This document shows, in pieces, positions 1 to 13,290 of a stretch of 64,000 nucleotides of DNA. The position numbers were made by a program, and so were the translations under genes. A model generated the notes under the pieces. It worked only from the letters and a program-made list of their open reading frames with translations, searched no databases and was not told where the DNA came from. The first letter of the stretch is position 1; each line of letters starts with the position of its first letter. This stretch comes from Euprymna scolopes (taxonomy: Eukaryota), in assembly GCA_053919585.1 (NCBI GenBank), contig CM132787.1; one strand, given 5' to 3'.

Positions 1-144
1 GTTTGTATTAAAAGCGATATAAAAATTCCGGAATTGGAATAACGGATTGAAGACGTTGCTATTTACGCATGCGCAACCGGATGTTGAAAACCGGAAATCT
101 GATTGCAAACATACAAGATCCATAGACTTTTAGTATTATATAGA
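1..144 (-). mobile_element. Probable 5' end of a non-autonomous Helitron running off the window start
   Basis: Minus strand reads A|TCTATATAATACTAAAAGTCTATGG, the A-TC(TATA..) start typical of Helitrons. The 3' end is not in the window. Confidence 0.4.
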
Positions 145-544
145 TTAGTCTTTAAATTACCAAAATTAAAGCTTCTTTGGTTGTCCGCTAAAATAGCCTT
201 ATAATGAAAATAATAATCGTTCCAATCGTAGGAGATTACTGGACCATATTTAAACCTGGCTATTTTTTCGATACAGATTGTAGTTACAATCCTTTGGACA
301 CTACGGGCCGATATATCGGCCCTGGAGACCTAGGGCAAAAAGGATACACGGATATTTCGTCCCTAATATAATCCTCTAATAGAATGGCTCTCATTAGGAA
401 CCAAAGGTTATTGTAAATTCACAACTACGAAGGTTTTACCATGTTTAATTTAATTTATATACAAAAGAAAACTCGTATGCAAATTTTTATTTTAACATAT
501 TTTCGGCACAACTTATTTCATAAATATTTTGCATATTCTTTTTT

Positions 545-677
545 TTAAGAGAATAGGCTTTTTGTTAATGGAATATTCTTTAAAAAAAAGAATATGCTTT
601 TTGTTAAAAGAATATTCTCTAACGAATTATATGCAAAGAATATTATTTTGTAAAAGAATATGCTTGTCACAGCCCTA
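545..677. repeat. Degenerate AAAAGAATAT(G/T)CTT tandem motifs ending in a hAT-like terminus
   Basis: About 6 copies of aagaatat..ct motifs, then gtcacagcccta (reverse complement TAGGGCTGTGAC, resembling a hAT TIR). The partner TIR was not found. Confidence 0.3.
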
Positions 678-1660
678 GTTATAATCTATTAGATTTAATT
701 ATATTATTGTAAATATGGCTCACATTATAACTGTTATATTATTCTAGATTGACAACAGTAAATGTAATAATTTAAGTGTTAATTGCCCTCATATAAATAT
801 ATACAAACATGAGTATAGATAATATATAAAGAGAGAGATAAATATATAAAAAAAACTTCTAAATGAGTCATTCTTTATAAGAAAACAGTGTTCAAGTAAT
901 TGTTTTAAAGTTGAATATATAAAGAGTGAAACCATTCAAAAAGTGTCTGATCGCGAACTTTAGAAGAATTCTGCATTGTTTCTTATGTACTTTTCTCGGA
1001 TCAAAGCTGAACACTTTTTAGCATTTCCATTTTATTTTGTTTCGTAAGTAGATAATCTCATTAGAATTGATAAAATGCTTATAATGTAAAAAAATAAAAA
1101 AAATAAAAACAGTAATTTTCCCGCCGCGGGATATTGAAAATGAAATGTCGCATTATCAAACACTATCTATTTTTCCGCAAAGTTTTAAGCCGTTAATGTT
1201 TCTTAAGCAGTACATGATCTGAGGTCTGAAAAAAATCTTAACGCAGTAGGAAGTCATGTAGGACATAAAAAGCCAAACCAATCGGAGGTGGCGGGTGATA
1301 ATTTTGAGAGGATGGGGGAAGGAATCCTCTTTGCTCTTTAAATGTGAATAAATTTGAGCGTTTACCAACACAGCTTACATAAATGTACTAAATTTAATGG
1401 AGCCGTATAATCTATGAGACCTCTCACACTGTTTATAGATAATACATGTGAAGAATTTATTAAACCTACTTACTACCAATACATCGGGCAAATAAATTAT
1501 TCTTCTTAGAAAGTAGAATTTATCATACAATATTGTCCGCAACTTCACAAGGACTGGCTATAATTTTTATATATTGATAGATTCTGGACAATTCTGGGAA
1601 TACGCATTTCAGTATAGATATGCATACTAAAACAATAAACACACGCACGCAAAAGTACAT

Positions 1661-1668
1661 ATGTATAT

Positions 1669-1734
<66 letters not shown>
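1661..1734. repeat. (TA)n(TG)n compound microsatellite
   Basis: Directly visible. Confidence 0.97.
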
Positions 1735-1736
<2 letters not shown>

Positions 1737-1784
1737 TTATTGTTTTAGTATCCAGATCTATACTAAAATTCGTAGCCCAGAATT

Positions 1785-1983
1785 NNNNNNNNNNNNNNNN
1801 NNNNNNNNNNNNNNNNNNNNNNNNNNNNNNNNNNNNNNNNNNNNNNNNNNNNNNNNNNNNNNNNNNNNNNNNNNNNNNNNNNNNNNNNNNNNNNNNNNNN
1901 NNNNNNNNNNNNNNNNNNNNNNNNNNNNNNNNNNNNNNNNNNNNNNNNNNNNNNNNNNNNNNNNNNNNNNNNNNNNNNNNNNN
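1785..1983. other. Assembly gap (other gaps: 2791-2932, 17549-17733, 31226-31368, 53961-54283)
   Basis: Runs of N. Confidence 1.
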
Positions 1984-1989
1984 GGACTG

Positions 1990-2226
1990 AAAATTGTTAA
2001 AAAAAATGTTTTTGCTATAGGCTTTGAAAGTAAAGGTACAAGATTCAATTTGAAATTTATTTCTCGTGAAAGTGCACTGTGTAACTTTTACAAAGTAAGG
2101 TATAAATATTGAATACCTTAATTTGTAAAGTGTATAAAAGTGCACTTTGAAGATCAATAAATTTCAAACTGAATCTTTTACCTTTATTTTTAAAGCATAT
2201 AGTAAAAAAATATTTTTTAAAAATTT
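1990..2226. repeat. ~235-bp imperfect palindrome (fold-back/MITE-like)
   Basis: Arms pair throughout: taaggtat/atacctta around the loop at 2104-2112, tttacaaa/tttgtaaa, aaagtgcac/gtgcacttt, tttgaaatttatt/aataaatttcaaa, aagattca/tgaatctt, taaaggta/taccttta, tttgctata/tatagtaaa. Confidence 0.9.
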
Positions 2227-5200
2227 GCATGTTCTTGGGTGAACTTCTTTTCTAACAAGTATCGTATCTTTTTTTAGATTATATTTTATTTAATTTATTA
2301 ATTTGGATTTAAAAACAAGTGGTTTTACATGTATTTATAAAAAAAAAACTCTCCTACTCTTTATATAAGTTTGTATTTCTTCTCACACAGCAACTCATTT
2401 TTGCAACCTCCTCTTTGTATTAATACAGATCTTAATATTCTCTCTATTTCAGTTTGTAGTTCTCCTCAACTCACAAGTCTTTTTTGCAACTCCCGCTTTG
2501 TCATACATGCCAGAATAATTAGAAAATCTGAGTTTTTTTAACCAAAAATTTAACATAATTTTTTAGATTACATTTTTTAAAACTCCTTTAATAATAGAAA
2601 CACTTTACACTTTAAAAAGGAAAATATTTCACATAGATGTCATTAAACATAATCAGTAGATAACGAGAAAAATAGAGATTAAAATTTCAAAAGGAATGTA
2701 TAGCTGGTTACGCTCAATAGTAGTTCTCGCCAGCGAAATTCTTTGTTATTGTTATTCTATTATTATTATTTAAAACATGTTGTGTCCTGCNNNNNNNNNN
2801 NNNNNNNNNNNNNNNNNNNNNNNNNNNNNNNNNNNNNNNNNNNNNNNNNNNNNNNNNNNNNNNNNNNNNNNNNNNNNNNNNNNNNNNNNNNNNNNNNNNN
2901 NNNNNNNNNNNNNNNNNNNNNNNNNNNNNNNNTATACATATACATGCTTGTATTCTTTTAAAACATGTTTATCGAATATATCATCATAATGTAAGAGATA
3001 AGGGACGTTCGTTAGTTACCGACTATCTTGCCCACATTCCTATGACTTACGATGAAATAAGATTCAGAGTGTAAAAAAAAAAGAAAAAACGACAATTATT
3101 TTTTTTTGGAATTAAAGGAAAATACCAAATATGCAATAATAAACAATACATAATTACATTGCTGACGTCAATGAATGACGTAACTTCCTAATATCGATAA
3201 ATATCAAAGATTTTTGGAGGTAAAAAAAAACGTTTCATTAGTTTTCACGACTAATCTATGGACAGTCTAAGTGCCGGTAAAAGAAATGTACCGATATTTA
3301 ATAATTAATTTTACATGATAATATGAGAATCAGGATTTGTAGAAGGTGTGCGCGAGAAACGGTTTCTTTAAGTCTGCCATATGAAGAGTCATACATTCTA
3401 AGATTTACATAGCGTTTTTCGACTTAAATACACATGCTCTCAGTCTGCAATTAAGCTGTTTTTTGTGCTTGTGATTCTGTCTTCATCGATATTGTACAGA
3501 TTCCTTACTCAAGACAAAGAAATATGTACGGCGAGATAGAAAAATGCGACTAAAAATTAGTAAAAAATTGTTAACAGCCCGTGTGAGTTACTTCTCTATG
3601 TGTTTAATTCACATTCATTTAACACCTAAACCTAAAACCAATCAAAAAACATTGCGCCCGTCCTACACATACGATACCTATGGTAAATACTGTATACATA
3701 CATTATAAGGCAACCCTAGATATTGTATTCAACTATAGATGAGCAAAATATCATCGGATAGGTTAGCATAAGAATTACCATCCTAACTTACTTGTCTGAT
3801 CCGAGAAACCAAATATAATTGCTAATGTTTCCTAAAATTGTAAACAACACTTTTATTATTTATGTAACGTTGTACACGTTTTCACATACCTTACCATATC
3901 GAAACCTAGACCCAACGCGCTTAAACAGAGTGTGTCGCAAATAACAAAAGGCAAGCAATAATTCACCTCATTATTGTAGCAAGTACATGTATTTCTCGAA
4001 GAAAAATTGATCGCACTATGTTTCTCGAACCACTCTACCCTCGATCGTTCTTTCGAATGCAGACTCAAATTTGAGCTCCTCGTAAGCTTCAACGTGATCT
4101 CTAATTTTCTTGTTTTTCTTTTGTCGCACTCTCACGTCATTCTGCACGATATATACACACTTTCATGTGATAAAAAATAACAAAATGTAAAACCTACTCC
4201 GAGGCATATAAAAAAGAAATAGAACACATCTCAAACATCTTCAGAAACACTAAAATACATATAAACTTTCCTAGGGCATAGTCTGTTCAACCCGTTTTAC
4301 TTTTATGTATTTTGAATCTATCAATATATGTAGTGATTAGTATATGAAAGAGTAAACACCTAACATCTAAATACTTTAAGACTGTTTCGATAACATTTAA
4401 CAGTAACAATATTCTGAATATATAAAATACAATAATATTTTTTAATATACAGCAATTGTTGATATTTCAGTATATGAACCCTTACATACCAATTCAATAT
4501 TATGCATTTGTGAAAATGAGAATAACTACATTAACAGTGCTAAAATAATGAATATTAAGCCCGGGAGATAATAAGACAAATCCTTTACAGAATACTTGCA
4601 CGCTAAAGAATACATCCGCCATTATATAAACAGCCATCTTCGGACTACTTAGAAAAATAAAGATCATGTTAATTAGTGTATTATCTTTTTTCCTGATTCA
4701 AAATAGGTGGGTCAATCTTCCCCCGTTCATATATGTTTCCTCTGTATGATTTATTTTTAACATTTTATAAATGTTTAGCTGTTTACACATGTATTAAATG
4801 TAAAATATCACTACGTATCATATATAAATGAACCAAAAACGTAGGTTAATTTATGAGTTTGATACATATGTCGTCAGTATACACGTATAGTTTTACAATA
4901 AGAATTGCATATATTTAATAATATTCAACTATGAATGAATTAAATATTTATCTTTGAATGCAGGTTTAGTTTTTTTGTTTAGAGAACATTGTAACGATGA
5001 ATAATATAACACGCATTCTAGTTGTTTGGATTTTGTAATTATAACTAATCTCATAAATCGAATATATAAATCACACTGCGAAAGGTAAGACATGTATAAA
5101 TATGTTACCGACATATTGGATCCAAATCTAAGCTTCAGTTGTGTTGATCATACTGCCATTCGTTATAAGGTGTCCGATGTATACATTAACAAGTTATCAG

Positions 5201-6875
5201 TAAAATAATCGGTTTATTGAAAAAAAAAATCCTGCCGACGTATGGTATATGCTATACAGAAAAGGTCAACATATCAATTATAGAGTCAACTGTTTGTTAT
5301 AATGCATTCTTTCAGTAAATTATCTGAAATGATTTATTTTGTGAGATTGATAGAGTCTCAAAGAGCGACTACTATATACTAAAAAAACATTCACTACATA
5401 TAAACTCATTAGCTTATTCCAAAAGTTGGTTTCATTAATGATTTTCCACAATGTTATATGAATTCTAAGCCTGAGAAAAGGATTTGTCATTGATTTATCT
5501 ACAAAGAATCAGTTCCATAGTGTCATGCGAATCTCGGGTGTTTACGATAGAGCTCAATCGAATACCGTTATTTTTCCATCTGAGAAATCCTGTGTAGCTC
5601 CGGCAACTCTCCGTAATGTTAAACAAGTGCCCTTATTTTATCAGGTATATAACGTATTCGTTAATACAAAGGATATATATTAACTCCCTCTTGGTTACGA
5701 AAGTTCAATGCGCTTTTAGATTAAACTATTCACCGAATCCTAATGTCTTTGCATTTTTTTCGCAATATTCCACTCTATCCGTTAACGTTGGAGGATAGTC
5801 TTTATTTACTTTAAGTACTAAAATATCACTATCACTGCAGAGTGACTTGAAAGCCGAGACTGCTGTTGGTGAAATAAAGAAAAAGAATAAAGCAGTTAAA
5901 TCCTCAGCTGTTTTATAACTTCCTACTTCAACTAATCTACTGGTACCTTGAGCTTGAATGCAGTTTTCTATATCTATTAGTATATAATATCTATATTTCA
6001 ACTGTTCTTAATAATTGTACGAAATCGAGACCTTTGTTTAACACTGATTCATTGAAAAGATACAATTTACGATGACTTTTTGGGGCAATTGATCTCATAC
6101 AATATTACGAACATAGACACTTATGAAATTAGTTGTAAAATTTCCTAATTGTTTTATTTAGCGTAATTTTAATTCTGTAAATGTTTGCTTACATATTCAC
6201 GTTTTCGGTATGGCGGTATTGTCAAAAATTCAGACATACTTGCAAGGAATATGGCGAATATTGTGTAATATCTGTACATGTCCGTTTATCTTTTATCCAG
6301 GATATATTATGTAACGTGAATAGGTCTTATTTTTTGCAAATTAAAGCAAATATTAATAAATTGTGTTTATATAATTAAAATCAATATCTATTGCAAAGAT
6401 ACTGATGTTGTCTTCGGTGTGTGTAGTCATATATATATAATTGCACCTACTAACACTTTATGATTTCAGGTACAAGTTCAATTTACGTTTTAATTTGATG
6501 CTAAGGTGCGGGTTGATTCATGTTCATGCTCCCGTTATAAATTCGATTCACGCGTTTTTATTTTCATTTTCTATCATATGTACATTTAATTCAATATAGT
6601 TTTTATTGTTTATAAAATTACGCTGAGTCCGAATCTTGTTGCTAAATGACACTGAGTGTTATTAACTACAAAGAGGTTGATTCAATTCCATACATCTTGA
6701 AGGATTATAATTTTGTAAAATGGAAGATACTATCATTTATTTATTCTTACTCGTAAAACTAATATTTCCTTACTCTATACTCATATTCAGAGTATTTAAA
6801 AATCCCCTTTCTTTCATTACTCAGTAATAAATATATGATTTTACATACTACTTATATGAATTTATGATCAATGTA

Positions 6876-7516
6876 TCTATACAAGTGAAATTGTGTGTAT
6901 GCCAGTCTGTATGTGTAGATTTTCCTTCCAAATTACTCTGTAAATTTTCAGTCTACTGACTGGAGATTTAACATAGCGCGTACTGACAGTTGGGGAACTC
7001 TTTTTAATTTGATTTCGGCTAGAAATTTGTCTATCAAGGGTTCAAAGTTCAACAATTTGACCTTTAGAAACTGTACCGAATGCCTCGGCCAACTTTGTGT
7101 CGCAACACTTAACATTATTGATGAAGGTCCTTTGGACACGGATAAAACTTTTTACCTTTATTTGAGCACAAAAAATAAATGTTAAGAGGTCAAAATTGAG
7201 ATTTAAGTAATAAAAATGCGATTTTTTAGCAAATTTTGCTCCAAAGATTTGAAAATCTGGGGACAAAGTTTAAAGGATTAGTCCTTTGTTGTCTTTAGCA
7301 AACTATTCACACAATTTTAGGGTAAATATTTGAAATTTTACATAAAGGTTATTCGGACAAGAAGAAAGCATTTTAATTAGATTTTTGGCGGACATTTTGC
7401 TGCAAAGAAGTAAAAGTTTAATGAGTTTAGCTTTACAGACTCTACCTTCTCCGCAAATTATGAGTCGAAACATTTACAACTTTAGATGTAGGTTACATGG
7501 ACACGAGTGAATCTTG

Positions 7517-7573
<57 letters not shown>

Positions 7574-7614
7574 CTAAGAATTAGGGCCCGTGTAGAACTG
7601 GGCTGAACTGATAG
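6876..7614 (+). mobile_element. Non-autonomous Helitron-like element
   Basis: Starts A|TCTATAC followed by a GT/GTCT-rich patch. Ends with hairpin gccc-gtgtagaact-gggc (7586-7603) and ATAG|T (degenerate CTAG). Its first ~350 bp align with the element at 34490+ (aattttcagtctactgact vs aattttaagtctacagact; atttgacctttaga vs atttgacctttga). Confidence 0.65.
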
Positions 7615-9124
7615 TAGATCATAAATCTGGACAATACGGATTTCCTCAAAACAGCAAACAGAACAAAGAAAAATAACATAGTTTTTTGGGGTTTTTTTTA
7701 CCGGTGAAGTGGAATGATGTAACTCGACTGAAACAAGAAAACAGTGAGGAGATATATAATTATATTAAACACGAATTGTTTTGGCTACGTATAAACAGTC
7801 GGTCTTATACGAGTGATGTTTTCGCATATTTCCTCGTAGCTATTACCTGCTACTCTATATCTGTTTCGTTATAAACGCAAGCTACAAAATATCAAATAAA
7901 CGCAATTTATTTTTATCAACATAGGAATAGTTTGTTTTTTTAAGAGAGTATAAACTCGCACGCACAACAAAAACAAGCAAGCCAATTGTATAATTATATT
8001 TCAAGACAGAACCCTTAATTATATAAAATCGGCGACATTGTTGAAATCGGAAATAGCCAATATAAAGTGAAGCAACGTATATTTATTGAAGACAGGTGAT
8101 ATTTAAAAAAAAACAATTCTACATGGACAAATCGGTATAAAATTGAAAAATAGTACTTGTGTTCCCTCACAGAGTTCACGCTGCTCATTTATTTACAAAA
8201 GCGTAGCGTGTCTAACAATGTTGTAATACTTTTCTTTACATAGTAAGGTAGAGATATAGCTGATACTATTCTGTTGCAGTTAATCGTGGCGGAACATGGA
8301 ATGATGGTGTTCAAGTGGTATAAATAATTGTAAAAGTGTATCGGAATAGTAACGGAAAAGCGCGACAGAGTACTACAGTAGCATCGATGTAAAAAAATTG
8401 AATACCAATTGTTACAAAATTAATTTTGTTATAACACGATGCAATAAATGAAAATGCAAATCATTTAAAACCAATTAGCAAATACGTCGTATGAACTAAA
8501 AAAATCACTGTTGAGCATTCTTTTTAAACAGAAATTTACGAGAACATGAATTTAAAAAAAAACCCTGCCTGGCTAATGATTTTTATCCTAACAATAGAAT
8601 AATGTACAAAATTCCAATATGTACTATTACAACATATACACAAATGTGCTAAAATAACATTGGCATCTAGATTGATTCTGTTATGAAGCAAGATCAAATG
8701 AACTTATATTTCATTCTAAACTATTTTACAAATCAATAACATAATCGTTTGTTTTTATTGTGCGTCTATGGAAATAATCTTCACGGTGATATTTTAATCT
8801 GTTTCTCGCCTTTCACTGAAAGGCGAAATACAGAAATGAACGTTTCATGAAAGTTGTTATTCCTTCCGGCTTTAACGTGACATTACATGACTGATATCCA
8901 TTTCACAAGACAAAAGAGAGCATAACTGATGTTTAAAAATGCCAAATTTAATTATCACGAATTACATTGAAGACAGAAATACCGGTTAAAACTTTAAAAG
9001 AATCAAGTTTTTATTTTATTTATACCTCATATCATTTTAATATAAAACTTTGCATTTATTATTAAAGATAGAAAAATCAACACACATACCACACACACTC
9101 TCACGCGCGCACACACACATACCC

Positions 9125-9126
<2 letters not shown>

Positions 9127-9190
<64 letters not shown>
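9127..9190. repeat. (TA)n microsatellite (similar tracts at ~7520, 10660, 13100, 14857, 20431, 23028, 23798, 30686, 33537, 35754, 36229, 44689, 48538, 53162, 57158, 59166)
   Basis: Directly visible. Confidence 0.97.
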
Positions 9191-9193
<3 letters not shown>

Positions 9194-9474
9194 TCGTTTA
9201 TGTAATATTAATTAATTGTTCATTAAGCATTCATGAGTTCCTTATCCCCATCATTTGCGTAGCGATTTTGTTGGTGGCGGTTTTGGTAATAGTGTAATTT
9301 GGAATTTGTTACTTTCTACTCACAGAAATTGCCTTCCTGCACCAGCAGAAAACATGTTTTTTTTAGGTTGTGGGTATAAGAGTATAATAATTATTAATAT
9401 GTACTTCAGAATAATGTAATGCAATAAATCTACTGCTATGTAAATCCAGTGACTCTCTGTCTTATAAAATATTA

Positions 9475-9775
9475 TTGACTGTAATATTTTATAAAGACGA
9501 TCCCAGCTAAATGAAAATTGACCAATACACCAGACGAGATAGAGCAAATAAATCATAATTTAGTAATTTAAATTTTATGATGTGAACTGGTTTAATTTAC
9601 ACTCTAGAATGTTTATTGTATGCAAGAAAAGGAATACATTTGAATAAGTATATGTTCTTAACCTATAGGTTTTCGATGTTTACCCATCTCCTCAATGAAA
9701 AAAATATCAGCAAATATTATAATGGTTTTTACCTAATTTGCTCAATCTAATAAACACAGGAAATCAAACATTAAA
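9475..9775 (-). mobile_element. Diverged single copy of the hammerhead-bearing repeat at 19025-19330
   Basis: Shares agatagagcaaataaat, cttaacctatagg.tttcgatgt and cct.atttgct with 19025-19330. The hammerhead core is degraded on the minus strand (TTGAGGA gatg-ggtaaa-catc GAAA acc-tata-ggt TA). Confidence 0.75.
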
Positions 9776-10656
9776 ATTTTTAAATCTTTTAAATAATAGA
9801 ATAAGAGAAATAAGATATTGGTTCACAACGAAAGGGATAATGAGCTTAATTATCAAAGTGTATGCTAAAGCCTGAAGTGAGAGGATTTGGAAGCAGGGAT
9901 GTTAACGTATCAACTGCGTATCGTTATTCTTCCGAGGCACAAGCAAACGATCCGAAGTAAGCATGAGTTCTTGGTTTCTCATTTGGTTAGATGAGATATC
10001 GGATACATATTTGAATATATCAGTTCAGTGAAGATGATTTTAATAAATATATAACGACCAAACAAATATTGCGATGACGCCATTGGTCCGTAGATATTGT
10101 TACAAAGAAAGAAAATATGTTAATACTGTATCAGGAAAGGCCACAAAGCGACGCATCGCAAAATAAACAAATACCACATGGTTTGACCGACCAGATTCGA
10201 CAGGAACTTCGAGAGTAGCCAGCGGAAATACGTCACTGCACACATCATTACTAGGATAGTGGAGTTATAGTAAAAATTTTGGTACAGACCTGTACATTAT
10301 ACAACCTAAAACATGAAATAGATTGAAAAAAATCTACCATCCCTAAGACAAATAAATCACTTCTAGCAGTCACTGGCGATAAATATTTTTTTAAGGGAAC
10401 TGAAACTCCCTGTGATGTTTATTAGCATTACCAAAAAAGTAAATGTTTGCGTGCATAAGACTTCTGAAAACTTATTCGAACGGATTAGATTGAACGATGT
10501 GAATTGTTGCACCAACCTCCGAAAAAAATCTGCTATAAGTTAGAAGAAGGGACACAACGACTGAAAGGAAAAATTTCCAGCAGTTTTCTCATCGGATCTA
10601 TAGCCAGAATCGAACTGATGTAAAACGCTCTACCCATTTTCAAAAGAAGACATACA

Positions 10657-10710
<54 letters not shown>

Positions 10711-13074
10711 AATCTTTTTACCCCAATACGATATCCAACATTTTAAAAATATACCTTTTGCTGTACAAATCTAATGGATACACATCTAAAAAAGTTGGTG
10801 GGGACAGGATATTTTTATGGAAAAAATTGCCAAATCATCAATGAATCATCTCTAATAGAAAAAAAATCCAGGAAATAAACGAAGGTTATAAAAATGAAAA
10901 CGTGAGTCTTTGAATTTTAAACAAATGTGTGCACTATATATATCCAAATATATATACAGATGTATAAACAATTTATTTGAAACGCATAAAAATTTACAGT
11001 GAAAAATATTCAAGAATAAAATAGAATTTCTCCGTTCACTTATATAACGGCTGTTTTATTTAGGTTGTTCTTCTAGATTTAGTTTAAATATCGGTGTAAT
11101 TATTTTCTTAAAATATTTAACAGTTGCATTGAGAGCGAATATTGCAATTATTTTTTTCATGATTATTTCTTGCAGAAAATATGTATTTGTCACTTATTTT
11201 TTTTAATTTCTGGTAGATAAAAGCGTAGGTAGGTCCTAAAGATAACAAAACTATTTTCTATATTTTCTCAGTAAAAAAAGATTTAGAATTAAGTTCGTCA
11301 ACGTATTTGCGGAGAAACAAAATGGCCACGTCACTGTCTATTTTTGTAAAAGTATTCATAATTCATTACTATTTCTATTTAAGGAGACAAAGCATTTCAG
11401 CGTAAAGCAGGTTTTTATTATGTGCATATAATAATAAATGTAAAGGATATTATCTCTTCCATAAGGTTATGTTTCATTCATAACTGTAAGACACTTAGGT
11501 GCTATTTACAATTCTATACAATGGCAAGTTTCTTTCTCACCATAATTTTTCTGCACGAAAAAAATAGCTAGCGTTGAACGCACCACTGTCCAAATTCAGA
11601 TGTTTCCTCTCTAATTCGTGATATCTGTAACCAATTGAGTGATTATCACATTTTAAATATAAATCTGTTTTAATAATTGTATTAAAGATTGGAGATCAGA
11701 AATGATTAATTCCTGATACACGAAACATATATTAATATAAAACTTAATATGTATGTATACGTTAGCATTGTGCACGTATAGTATATATACATGCATATAT
11801 GTATATTTACGTGGAAGTATATATGAAATTATATATATATATATACATATACTTGTTCACTATCTTTCAGTTTCTAAAGAAATATATTGAATTTGCAAAG
11901 GAAATTTTTTTAAATATAACAGGAAATACAGTGCATTAAAAGTCCTTTATATAATCCATGAATTTCCGATATAAGATCTGCTGAATAATGAATTTAACAA
12001 AGTATTTCTTAAGTATATTTATAATTTTGCTTTTTAGCATGTCAATTTAAAGTAATTTACAGTTAAAATATTTTTAGGAAACATACAAAACAGCATCAAG
12101 AAATTTAGATTTATCAATAAAAAAGCTAAACACTTAAATTCTACATACTCATATGCAGTATTTTGCAAAATGCACATCTGTGAGGATATTATCCTTACAT
12201 CAAACACCAATGTATTAATAAAAGAACGTTGAATGCCTTGAATTCTATGTTCAATATTACTTTTTTATTTGTTGTACATACGTTTTTTAGATGAGAATTT
12301 ATAATTATTTTTTGTAATATTTCGACTATTATTCCCATCTCCGTTGTTTTTCTTTGTTTTACAACAATTTTACCGATGGTTCTTTCAAATATCTTCAAGT
12401 GAATCTACACTGGATATTATTGGTGAATAGCGAAAATTGTTACATTTTTTTCTTTTCCCAATAGGGCTAAGTTTTTTAGAAAAAATAGTTATAAATCCTT
12501 ATATTAAAATATACATTAATCATATCAAAAAAGTGGAATGAACCAGAGTTAATAACATAATTTTACAAAGACTTGGCGCTATTTGCGGTTTAACTTTTTG
12601 ACGTTGTGAAGGTTATATCAGCCGAAACGTTAGGAAAAAAATAAAAAAGAACAGAACCAAGAATATTAATCCATATAATACAAAAACTATTTTTAAATCC
12701 CAATCTGAAAAACATACATTCATCGTTTCAAAAAATTGAAAGGTACCCGGGGTTAAAAAGACAGTATAAAAAGACGTATCGCTATTTGCGTTTTAAATTT
12801 CTTACAGCTGTGTTCGTTTGACAAGCCAATAAACAAAACGATTTTCACTATTCACCAATAACATACAGTGTGAATGCATTTGAAGATGGTTGAAACTAAC
12901 ATCAACCGACACTTTGTAAAACAACCACAAAAACAACCAAAATGAGAATAATATTCCAAATAATAAAACATGTAATATTTTTTGTATTGCAAATTCCATA
13001 TATAAGTTTCCAAAAATTTAAATATAAAACCTTAAATTATACATAGATAAATGTACATATATAAATATACATAA

Positions 13075-13132
<58 letters not shown>

Positions 13133-13219
13133 AAACATTCTTCATTTGTGTTTAGATAAGCAGTAATATGTTGCTACACAGTCATGAACATGTTCACGCC
13201 AGATGTATTCCAGTAACTA

Positions 13220-13290
13220 GAAAATCCTTTCGGGCGATTATGCCTATACAAACTTTGCTTTCGTATAGGCTGAATCACCCGAAGGTTTTC
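13220..13290. ncRNA. Isolated 71-nt imperfect hairpin, pre-miRNA-like or MITE remnant
   Basis: gaaaatcctttcgggcgattatgcctatac-[13 nt loop]-gtataggctgaatcacccgaaggttttc gives about 25 bp. It matches no miRNA I recognise. Confidence 0.3.
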
